DNA of 64,000 nt from Rikenellaceae bacterium (GTDB lineage: Bacteria > Bacteroidota > Bacteroidia > Bacteroidales > Rikenellaceae): contig JAWXTP010000002.1 in the NCBI GenBank assembly GCA_044433415.1, positions 5,041-69,040 on the forward strand, given 5' to 3'. How positions within the stretch are numbered: the first letter of the stretch is position 1; each line of letters starts with the position of its first letter. Both the position numbers and the translations under genes were made by a program. Positions 56,582-64,000 of this stretch are shown here, piece after piece. The notes below the pieces were generated by a model. The model made no database searches. It was not told where the DNA came from and worked only from the letters and a program-made list of their open reading frames with translations.

Positions 56582-57664
56582 ATGTTAAAAAAGATTTTAT
56601 TGTTATCATTTTTGTCAGTTTCGACAACGTTAAATGCTCAAAAAGTTACCTTTAAGGAGCAGTATGAATTTAATCCAAAGAGATATGTGTGCTACAAAAC
56701 AGATGAGCCTATAGTTATCGATGGGAAAATGAATGAAAAAGCATGGGAAAATGCGCCTTGGACTGACTACTTTGTTGATATCGAAGGTTACCGTAGAGAG
56801 TTAGAGCCTCGTTTTAAAACAAGAGCTAAGATGTTATGGGACAACAAATATTTATATATATCAGCTTACCTTGATGAACCAGATGTATGGGCTACTTTAA
56901 CAGAACGTGAGTCAGTTATTTTCCGTGATAATGACTTTGAGGTTTTCGTAGACCCTAATGGAGATGGTCATTATTATATGGAGTTTGAGATGAACGCTTT
57001 TGCTACTGAGTGGGACCTAATGTTAACAAGACCTTACCGTGATGCTGGTTGTAGAGTATTAGACCATTGGAATATGAATGGTGTTAAATCTGCGGTTCAT
57101 GTTGATGGAACTATTAATGACGGAAGCGATGTTGATAAAGGATGGAGTGTAGAAATCGCTATCCCTTTAGATGCTCTTAACGAACCTGATGGGATGAAGC
57201 CTGCCGAGGGCGTACAGTGGCGCATTAACTTCTCACGTGTTGAATGGTTTACTAAATGGGATGGAGAGAAATACGTGAAAATCCCTAATGAGTACACTGG
57301 TAAAACAGGTAATGGTGGTGAAGACAACTGGGTATGGTCTCCACAAGGAGCTGTAGCTATGCACCAACCTGAAACATGGGGTTTCCTACAGTTCTCAGAA
57401 AAAACTTCTGGTAAAGGAGTTTCGGAATTTGTTTGGAATAAAAACGAAGATGTTAAATGGGCTTTACGTCAATTATATTTCCGTATGAGAGAACTTGAAA
57501 ATGTAAAATCTATTAAAGAATTACGTCCACAAGAAGTGGCTGTAGAAGGTTTAGATTTCAAACCTGAATTAAGATTCACAAGAAGCTCTTGGGAAATTTC
57601 TGTAGACGGATTTGATGGAAAAAGAGTTTATATAACATCAGATGGTAGAACTTGGGTTGAATAA
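56582..57664 (+). CDS. Secreted carbohydrate-binding family 9 (CBM9/DOMON-like) protein
   Basis: It has a signal peptide, and IVIDGKMNEKAWENAPW...FEVFVDPNGDGHYYMEFEMNA is the typical CBM9-like pattern. Confidence 0.72.
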   Translation: MLKKILLLSFLSVSTTLNAQKVTFKEQYEFNPKRYVCYKTDEPIVIDGKMNEKAWENAPWTDYFVDIEGYRRELEPRFKTRAKMLWDNKYLYISAYLDEPDVWATLTERESVIFRDNDFEVFVDPNGDGHYYMEFEMNAFATEWDLMLTRPYRDAGCRVLDHWNMNGVKSAVHVDGTINDGSDVDKGWSVEIAIPLDALNEPDGMKPAEGVQWRINFSRVEWFTKWDGEKYVKIPNEYTGKTGNGGEDNWVWSPQGAVAMHQPETWGFLQFSEKTSGKGVSEFVWNKNEDVKWALRQLYFRMRELENVKSIKELRPQEVAVEGLDFKPELRFTRSSWEISVDGFDGKRVYITSDGRTWVE

Positions 57665-57691
57665 TCTAGGGTTCAGAAAATAAATTATTAA

Positions 57692-57772
57692 TAGTAGCGT
57701 TTGCTAGGTAAATTAGTGAACGCTACTATGTATAGTGTCTGACAAAATAAAGAGAATCTTATTTTGTCAGGC
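57692..57772 (+). terminator. Two consecutive hairpins after the CBM9-like gene
   Basis: TAGTAGCGTT pairs with AACGCTACTA (57692-57728). GTCTGACAAAATAA pairs with TTATTTTGTCAGGC (57737-57772). Confidence 0.6.
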
Positions 57773-57806
57773 ATTATGTGTTTAAGACGTAAAAAGAGAG
57801 TTTGTT

Positions 57807-58148
57807 ATGAGTAATAATGATTGGAAAAGCCGTTTAGGAGTAGTATATTCTACAAGTACGGACTTTGAATATACGACAGAAGTTGAAGAGGAAGTAGAAA
57901 AAGTCGCACCTAGTAAGCAAAACCTAAGAGTTGCGTTAGATAAACGTAACAGAGGAGGCAAAAAGGTGACTATCGTTGCTGATTACAAAGGTAGCGCGGA
58001 CGATTTAAAAGAGCTTTGTAAGTTCCTAAAAGGGAAATGTGGCGTTGGAGGTAGTGCAAAAGATGGAGAGATTATTATTCAGGGTGATTTTAGAGAAAAA
58101 GTAGTTGAAATATTAAAAAAAGAAGGGTATAGAGCAAGGGTTATATAA
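57807..58148 (+). CDS. yciH: SUI1/YciH-family translation initiation factor
   Basis: The protein is 113 aa and carries RVALDKRNRGGKKVTIV...CGVGGSAKDGEIIIQGDFREKVVEILKKEGY. Confidence 0.88.
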   Translation: MSNNDWKSRLGVVYSTSTDFEYTTEVEEEVEKVAPSKQNLRVALDKRNRGGKKVTIVADYKGSADDLKELCKFLKGKCGVGGSAKDGEIIIQGDFREKVVEILKKEGYRARVI

Positions 58149-58233
58149 TTGATTCTAGGCATGTACAGTGATTGTTTTACATTATTTATTGGCAAAATTA
58201 AACGTTAATTTGTTCAAAATGATAAAAATAATG

Positions 58234-58241
58234 TATTTTTG
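58234..58241 (+). promoter_or_regulatory. -7 box TAttTTTG upstream of the 999-aa gene
   Basis: TATTTTTG lies 47 nt before ATG 58288. Confidence 0.45.
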
Positions 58242-58287
58242 CAAGGTTTTAGCTCTAGTTTCATAAATTACCATAAATAAATATATA

Positions 58288-61287
58288 ATGAATAAGAAAT
58301 CTGGTTTTAGTGTTATAATAGAAGCGTTATCCCATAGAGTTATGTGGATAATGCTACTTTTTTTAGTGAGTAATGCAAAAGGTTATGCTCAGTTTTATAC
58401 AACAGGTGTAGATCCTGCATCAATAAAATGGAATCAACTTAAAACAGATACACATAGAGTTATTTTCCCTAATTATTATGAAGATAAAGCTCGAATAGTA
58501 GAAGGGTATCTTGATTATTTAACACCCTATGTGACACACAGCATGTCCGCAGAAGTAGAAAAGTTTAATGTTATCCTACATACAGAAAATATACAATCTA
58601 ATGGGCTAGTATCATGGGCTCCTAAACGCATGGAGCTTTTTATGCCACCTCCATCAGCTCAAAATTCTTTGCCATGGATAAAGCAGTTAGTAGCTCATGA
58701 ATATAGACATGTTGTACAAATGAGTAACCTTGATGTAGGTATTACACGCATATTAAAGTATGTGTTAGGTGAACAAATAGTAGGACTCGTGGCTTCTATT
58801 CCTCCTTTGTGGTATTTTGAGGGTGATGCAGTGTTTGTAGAAACACAGTTTGCATTTAATGGGCGAGGTTCTCAACCTAGCTTTTCTATGGGTATGCGCG
58901 CTTTATTAAATGAGGATTTAAAGGTCAATACACGTCTATATGATAAGTGGAATCTAGGCTCTTATAAAGAGTATACACCAAGTTATTATGAGTTTGGATA
59001 TTTTATGACAGCATATACATACAAAAAATATGGTGACGACTACTGGAATAACATATTAAGATATGTAGGTCGCAATCCTTATTTTGTGGTTTCTGATTAT
59101 ATTGCTGCAAGAAAATATTATAATACTAGTTCAGTAAAAGTTTTTAAAGAAACATTAGCAGAATTAAAGGATTTTTGGCATGAAGAATCACAAAAACCTA
59201 ACAGTACATCAATTTTGCAATTACCTTATAAGTCATATACTATATATAAAGATGCTCAATATTTAGGTAATGAAACTATAGTTGCAAGAAAATATAGCCT
59301 AGATGAAGTGTATGGAATTGTAGCAGTAGATAAAGTAAATAATACGGAGCTTAGATTAAAATCAGTGCCTTTGTCAGATAATAGATTAGTTATAAAAGAT
59401 TCAGTAGCTTACTGGAACGAATATGCTCCTTCTCTTTTTTATGATAATGATGTTAAATCTGTTATTAAAAAGGCTGATTTTTATACTAAAAATGGACAGC
59501 TGAAAATGCGCCGTGCAAAGACCATAAAACTCAACTACCCTAACCAACCTATTCTTAACAATAAAGGAGAGGAAGTTATTAAAAGTGATAATTATGATTT
59601 TGTAACTCCTATTTCAGATGATAAGTTTGCGTTGGTTGTTTATGATAAGCAGAATAATCCTTCAATAGATATCTTTGATAAAGAATGGAATTTCGAAAAA
59701 ACCTATAGCTTTGATGGAGATGATGATTCTATTCTAGGTCTTGCTTTTGACGAAGAAACTTCTAATTTAGCATATATTATCGTAGATGATAGGGGTATGA
59801 CTATAGAAGCTATAGATTTGGAAACCTCAGAAAAAGAGATAGTTCACAATTCAACTTATATAGTGTTTTCAGATCTTTCAGCTCAAAACGGCAAGTTGTA
59901 TTTTGGCTCAACTGAGTCAGGTAAAGATGAAGTGCATGTTATTAACCTTGTAACACAAAAGCAATATCAATTAACATCATCAAAATACGGCTCTTTTGCA
60001 GGTGTGGGAGGCAGTGATTCACAAGTAGCATTAGCAACTTATACTACTAAAGGATATAAACTAGCAGAGCAAAAATTCGATATAGATACGTTGAGAAAAG
60101 TTAGTTTAGATAAAAAAATGCCTAAGAAAACTGTCGCCGTACCAACTGTAGACTGGAATTTACCTAAACTAGATACAATTAATATCACAGCAAGTAGTGT
60201 TGATAAAAATGAGGGTAAGCTGAAAAAATATAATAAAACGTCTCATTTGTTTAACATACATAGTTGGGTGCCTGCCGTTGTAAATGTTGATAAATTAATT
60301 AATGACCAACAGTTAGAAATGGGATATGGTGCAACTTTACTTACACAGAACTCTTTGAGCTCACTTACTGGTTATTTTGGTTATGGTTGGGTTCCTAAAA
60401 CAGAAAAGTCTTTATTTATTGCGAATTTAGAATATTCTGCACTTCCTGTTCATGTGGGTTTAGGTATGAGTTATGGTGGAGATACACAAGATTTGTTTAG
60501 TACATTAAGTGCTGATGAATTATTATACCAAGAAATTGAAATGCCAGAAGTGAAAAACAAATTAGATTTAGACTTAAATTTGTCTTTACCAATGAGTTTT
60601 TCAGGCAATTCATCTGCAAGAGCTTTACAACCTTATGTAAATCTATCTCTAACTAATGCTTTATTGTTTGATGATACTTTCGCGTGGACTAAACACTATG
60701 ATGCGAAAGTTAAGTATGGGGTTTCTTATACAGCATATCAAATAATGGCAAAGAAAGATGTTGCTCCACGTTTAGGTTATTCACTTTTGGCAGGAGGTAC
60801 TGTTAATCCATTTAGAGATGATTTTGGAAGTATACTTAATTTTTACGCAAAAGGGTATTTGCCTGGTTTATTTCAGCATCATGCACTAAGTGTAGCAGGT
60901 GCATACCAAGTGCAAACAGTGTCTAAGTATAATTACGTTCAAGAATTTATGTTCCCTAGAGGTAATGACTTACAAGCTCCAGTAAAAGATTATGTTTCGA
61001 CAGCAGTTAGCTATAAAATGCCTATAGTAAATTCAGATTTTATTATACCTAGCATTGTCGACATTAAACGTATTTATTTAGATATTTTCGGAGAATATGC
61101 CAAATGTAATTATATAAATGACAGTTATGTATATGATAAAAAAGTGCATTCTTATGGTGCTGAATTGTTTTTTGACACTTTATTCTTAGGAATGCGTACG
61201 ATAGAGTTAAATATTGGTCTGTCTGTTTATAAAGCATCACAACACGAGAAACCTCAGGTAGGATTTGGTGTTAGTATAAATTATTAG
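58288..61287 (+). CDS. Large envelope protein: N-terminal HEXXH (peptidase-MA-like) domain, central propeller-like region, C-terminal beta-barrel-like region
   Basis: It has a signal-like segment (MWIMLLFLVSNAKGYAQ), HEYRH at 58696-58710 with WYFEGDAVFVE downstream, and alternating-hydrophobic strands over the last ~330 aa ending GFGVSINY (terminal aromatic residue). The true start may be the internal Met at 58342. Confidence 0.75.
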   Translation: MNKKSGFSVIIEALSHRVMWIMLLFLVSNAKGYAQFYTTGVDPASIKWNQLKTDTHRVIFPNYYEDKARIVEGYLDYLTPYVTHSMSAEVEKFNVILHTENIQSNGLVSWAPKRMELFMPPPSAQNSLPWIKQLVAHEYRHVVQMSNLDVGITRILKYVLGEQIVGLVASIPPLWYFEGDAVFVETQFAFNGRGSQPSFSMGMRALLNEDLKVNTRLYDKWNLGSYKEYTPSYYEFGYFMTAYTYKKYGDDYWNNILRYVGRNPYFVVSDYIAARKYYNTSSVKVFKETLAELKDFWHEESQKPNSTSILQLPYKSYTIYKDAQYLGNETIVARKYSLDEVYGIVAVDKVNNTELRLKSVPLSDNRLVIKDSVAYWNEYAPSLFYDNDVKSVIKKADFYTKNGQLKMRRAKTIKLNYPNQPILNNKGEEVIKSDNYDFVTPISDDKFALVVYDKQNNPSIDIFDKEWNFEKTYSFDGDDDSILGLAFDEETSNLAYIIVDDRGMTIEAIDLETSEKEIVHNSTYIVFSDLSAQNGKLYFGSTESGKDEVHVINLVTQKQYQLTSSKYGSFAGVGGSDSQVALATYTTKGYKLAEQKFDIDTLRKVSLDKKMPKKTVAVPTVDWNLPKLDTINITASSVDKNEGKLKKYNKTSHLFNIHSWVPAVVNVDKLINDQQLEMGYGATLLTQNSLSSLTGYFGYGWVPKTEKSLFIANLEYSALPVHVGLGMSYGGDTQDLFSTLSADELLYQEIEMPEVKNKLDLDLNLSLPMSFSGNSSARALQPYVNLSLTNALLFDDTFAWTKHYDAKVKYGVSYTAYQIMAKKDVAPRLGYSLLAGGTVNPFRDDFGSILNFYAKGYLPGLFQHHALSVAGAYQVQTVSKYNYVQEFMFPRGNDLQAPVKDYVSTAVSYKMPIVNSDFIIPSIVDIKRIYLDIFGEYAKCNYINDSYVYDKKVHSYGAELFFDTLFLGMRTIELNIGLSVYKASQHEKPQVGFGVSINY

Positions 61288-61374
61288 TGCTTGTTTTAAC
61301 TGAAAGGAATTGATTGTGCAGTACATAAAGTAGAAGGATAGGTTGTCATCGAACTATTGGTATAAATATAAAGA

Positions 61375-61408
61375 GGGAAATTCGCAGAATTTATATTGCG
61401 AATTTCCC
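61375..61408 (+). terminator. Rho-independent terminator after the 999-aa gene
   Basis: GGGAAATTCGCA pairs with TGCGAATTTCCC in a 12-bp stem, followed by TCTTGTTTGTTTTG. Confidence 0.8.
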
Positions 61409-61428
61409 TCTTGTTTGTTTTGTCTTAA

Positions 61429-61477
61429 GGGGAGTTCTTATAATTGGTTTTATTCGATTTTGGATTTAGAAGTTTCC
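61429..61477 (+). repeat. 49-bp REP-like element (AATAATTGRTTTTATTCGATTTT subfamily)
   Basis: The sequence is GGGGAGTTCTTATAATTGGTTTTATTCGATTTTGGATTTAGAAGTTTCC, with CTTAA / TTAAA flanks. Confidence 0.8.
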
Positions 61478-61486
61478 TTAAAGTTA

Positions 61487-62668
61487 CTATTTTACCTTAC
61501 CTAGGAGAACAACAGTATTCCCGTCAGGGTCTATTGTTTCAACAAGTCTATCTATACGAGCAAGTGTTTGTTCGTCTACTTTAGCACGTTGTTCTTTTGT
61601 TAAAGATTTAAGGTGTTTATGTAATACTGTAGCATCGTATCCTATCATTAGGTCATTACTAGTTATTTGAGGTGATATGTTATAAGGGTCTAGTATAATA
61701 TCGTTAGTTAACTTCAAGTGGCCACCATTAAGTGTTTCTTTGTTGATAACTTCTACATTTATAGGTCCTGGAGTGTACCAACTCTTAATTGGCCCCTTGT
61801 TCGCACTGATGCTAATATTTGAATGCCAAGCAAAGAAATATTCAGATGTTTCAAAATATCTTTTAGATATAGAAGATACATCAAGGTCGTCAACTGTTGA
61901 AACGTTATTTAACACTAGTGTAAATATTGGAGTAAGGCTATTGTCATTTTCGTTATAACGGAAAAGAGTGTCAGGAAAGTTGTTTAAATTATAAGGGTGA
62001 ATATTTGGGCATTTATCATTGCTAGAAAAATAAATACCTGCATATTTAGCTAATTTAATTTCATGAGCTGCTAACTCTTCCCCAGAATAACTTTTTTGCA
62101 TTATCCCTGGTCTAGTATATTTATGACTTTCTGATACAAGGCTGATTCTTCCTTGTTTTGAATTATGTGAAAAAGTACCGTAAAAGTTTGTTTCTGCTTC
62201 TAAGACTATTCGTTCAAGGTAAGTGCCGTTAAAGTCATATACAAGGATAGAGTTTCTACTAGTAGGAGCCATTATGTATATTTTTTGGCTATCTTCGCAT
62301 ATAGTTACATCTTTAGGATGCATGTACTCTCCGTTGCCATTGCCTATCGATCCAATATTGCTTATGAATTTACCTGTTTTCTTTTCAAATAATTTGACAG
62401 GATATTTGCTGTTATTCCCTCCAACGCTTGCTATGTAGTTGTTTGATGAGTAGAATATCGCGTGGGATGCGATATAGTTTCCTATACCGTTATCTAATTG
62501 TAAAATTTCTATATCTTCTATTAAATCAGACAGGTTAAGATTTACAGTATCTTTAAAGTTTTTAAGATTTGCAGTAATGATACCGTTTTCTAGGGTAGCT
62601 ACCTTTTTAGGAGTCGTTTGACATGCTGTTAAAGATAGTGCTAAGAGAACTGCGAATAATGTTTTCAT
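61487..62668 (-). CDS. BF3164-like 6-bladed beta-propeller lipoprotein
   Basis: It has a lipobox (LSLTACQ) and the repeated motif IGSIGNGNGEY. It is a close paralog of the interrupted gene at 47211-48386. Confidence 0.78.
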   Translation of the reverse strand: MKTLFAVLLALSLTACQTTPKKVATLENGIITANLKNFKDTVNLNLSDLIEDIEILQLDNGIGNYIASHAIFYSSNNYIASVGGNNSKYPVKLFEKKTGKFISNIGSIGNGNGEYMHPKDVTICEDSQKIYIMAPTSRNSILVYDFNGTYLERIVLEAETNFYGTFSHNSKQGRISLVSESHKYTRPGIMQKSYSGEELAAHEIKLAKYAGIYFSSNDKCPNIHPYNLNNFPDTLFRYNENDNSLTPIFTLVLNNVSTVDDLDVSSISKRYFETSEYFFAWHSNISISANKGPIKSWYTPGPINVEVINKETLNGGHLKLTNDIILDPYNISPQITSNDLMIGYDATVLHKHLKSLTKEQRAKVDEQTLARIDRLVETIDPDGNTVVLLGKVK

Positions 62669-62792
62669 ATTTTAAGTTTTATTTAATTGTTAGGGAAATT
62701 GTAAATCGAATTTCGGCATGTAAAGATAGTTAATTTGTTTGAAATTGCGATTTGTTTAGAATGACTTTTTTACAGAAAACAGAATTATTCAA

Positions 62793-62808
62793 GGGGACTT
62801 CTAGAAAC
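62793..62808. repeat. REP-like half element
   Basis: GGGGACTTCTAGAAAC lies directly after the 3' end of the next propeller gene. Confidence 0.45.
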
Positions 62809-62813
62809 TAGTT

Positions 62814-63968
62814 TTACTTTGTTTCTGTACATATCACAACAACTGGATTTGATTCAAAATCAATATTGTATAATGAATTAGTATTCAAATAGTTCAATTT
62901 AGTTAGTTCTTCCTCAGAAAGCTGTGCAGTTTGTAATAACCCGTATGATTTTTTACCATTAACATAAGAAGGGTAAAAATTCCCAATATTATCTATATCG
63001 TTTTTGATTCCACCACCACGATTTGGGTGCTTAATATCGCTAAATAATATTGAATTGGATTTTGTTTTATTATATACTAGTGTTGAAATAGCTTTATTAA
63101 AATAAATTATTAGAAACATATACTTATCAGATTCTTGTAGGTCTAATACTTGAACATAATCGGACATCAATTTTGATTTTAGACTTGCATCTTCTAACAA
63201 ATTTCTAGTTGGTTGAAAATTACTAAGATTAAGTTTTTTATATTCTTCTGTATGGTCTGACATCAAACTTTGTATGGAATTACTAAAAGTATTAGCATAT
63301 CTAACAGTATCATTAAAAATATAAGACATAGGTGGACACTCTAGTGATACGGCGACCTTTTCTTTATCTGAGTAAACCAAATATTCAGACTTTTTTTCTC
63401 CTTTATTGTTGAAAATCACCATTTCAATATCAACACCACCATCGTCATGATATTTTCTACCTTGACAATATAAAAGCTCATTATGATAACTAAATGACTT
63501 AAACTTTAAATCGCTATTTAACTTTATTTCTTGACAAAAAGTCCCATCATAATTCCAAAATTGAACAGAGTTGTTTTCAACTAATATAATGACTTGACCG
63601 TTTTTGTTGTCAAATTGAAATTTATAAGGCATTACATATTCTTTTGGTCCTTGACCAACTGTGCCTATCTTGTTCCCAAAACTTCCATCTTTATTAAACC
63701 TATATATAACTTTATTGCTCTTAACAAAGATGTTGCTATCATCCACATAAGCTAAAGAAATATTGCCTGATAAAACAGAATGTTCCGATGTTTCGAGTGC
63801 CATGTATTGTATAGATTCATAGATAAGACTAAGATTAGGTTCACTTTTCTTTTGTTGTACCAATTCTTTAAGGTTAATACCGTTGTCTGCTTGTCCTTGA
63901 TTCTGTGTAGAGCAGCTACAAATAATTAGCGGCAAAACAATTAGTATGTATTTTAATTTCTTTTTCAT
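62814..63968 (-). CDS. 6-bladed beta-propeller lipoprotein (more divergent paralog)
   Basis: It has a lipobox (LIICSCS) and IGTVGQGPKEY, with the same overall repeat pattern as its neighbour. Confidence 0.75.
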   Translation of the reverse strand: MKKKLKYILIVLPLIICSCSTQNQGQADNGINLKELVQQKKSEPNLSLIYESIQYMALETSEHSVLSGNISLAYVDDSNIFVKSNKVIYRFNKDGSFGNKIGTVGQGPKEYVMPYKFQFDNKNGQVIILVENNSVQFWNYDGTFCQEIKLNSDLKFKSFSYHNELLYCQGRKYHDDGGVDIEMVIFNNKGEKKSEYLVYSDKEKVAVSLECPPMSYIFNDTVRYANTFSNSIQSLMSDHTEEYKKLNLSNFQPTRNLLEDASLKSKLMSDYVQVLDLQESDKYMFLIIYFNKAISTLVYNKTKSNSILFSDIKHPNRGGGIKNDIDNIGNFYPSYVNGKKSYGLLQTAQLSEEELTKLNYLNTNSLYNIDFESNPVVVICTETK

Positions 63969-64000
63969 AATTCCTTATGTTAAATTATTAATAATGCTTT

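Overview
Low-GC chromosomal segment that looks like Bacteroidota, probably Bacteroidales. The taxon call rests on TAnnTTTG -7 promoter boxes, many lipoproteins, a TonB-dependent receptor, DUF1573/DUF4271-type genes and BF3164-like beta-propeller lipoproteins. About 50 protein genes are tightly packed, and most are housekeeping: rpmH, msrA, mnmA, rlmI, plsY, coaD, rnpA-yidD, rpoN, recF, ribH, lon, valS, dtd, SUI1, and an NfnAB-like oxidoreductase pair. Carbohydrate-related genes include a fused GT3 glycogen synthase / GT35 phosphorylase, a sulfatase, a GH2 enzyme, a CBM9-like protein and an SDR-DeoC-FGGY kinase operon. There is one tRNA (anticodon CAT). I found no rRNA, CRISPR array, transposase, integrase, phage gene or recognisable defense or toxin-antitoxin module, and I cannot point to a protein-coding 'new system' with confidence. 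The unusual signals are mostly non-coding. (1) A REP-like palindromic repeat family (GGGGAGTTCT...AGAAGTTCCC) occurs in 13 intergenic gaps. (2) A ~445-bp G+C-richer non-coding island (12323-12768) carries a 62-bp direct repeat pair, a 19-bp-arm palindrome and nine tandem heptamers that end one base from a stop codon. (3) An inverton-like structure (perfect 19-bp inverted repeats 187 bp apart with an internal consensus promoter box) lies between the tRNA and the sugar operon and is itself bracketed by long direct repeats. (4) A beta-propeller lipoprotein gene is interrupted by an in-frame TAA directly after its lipobox cysteine. All functional calls come from motifs read in the supplied or self-made translations. 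No database search was possible.
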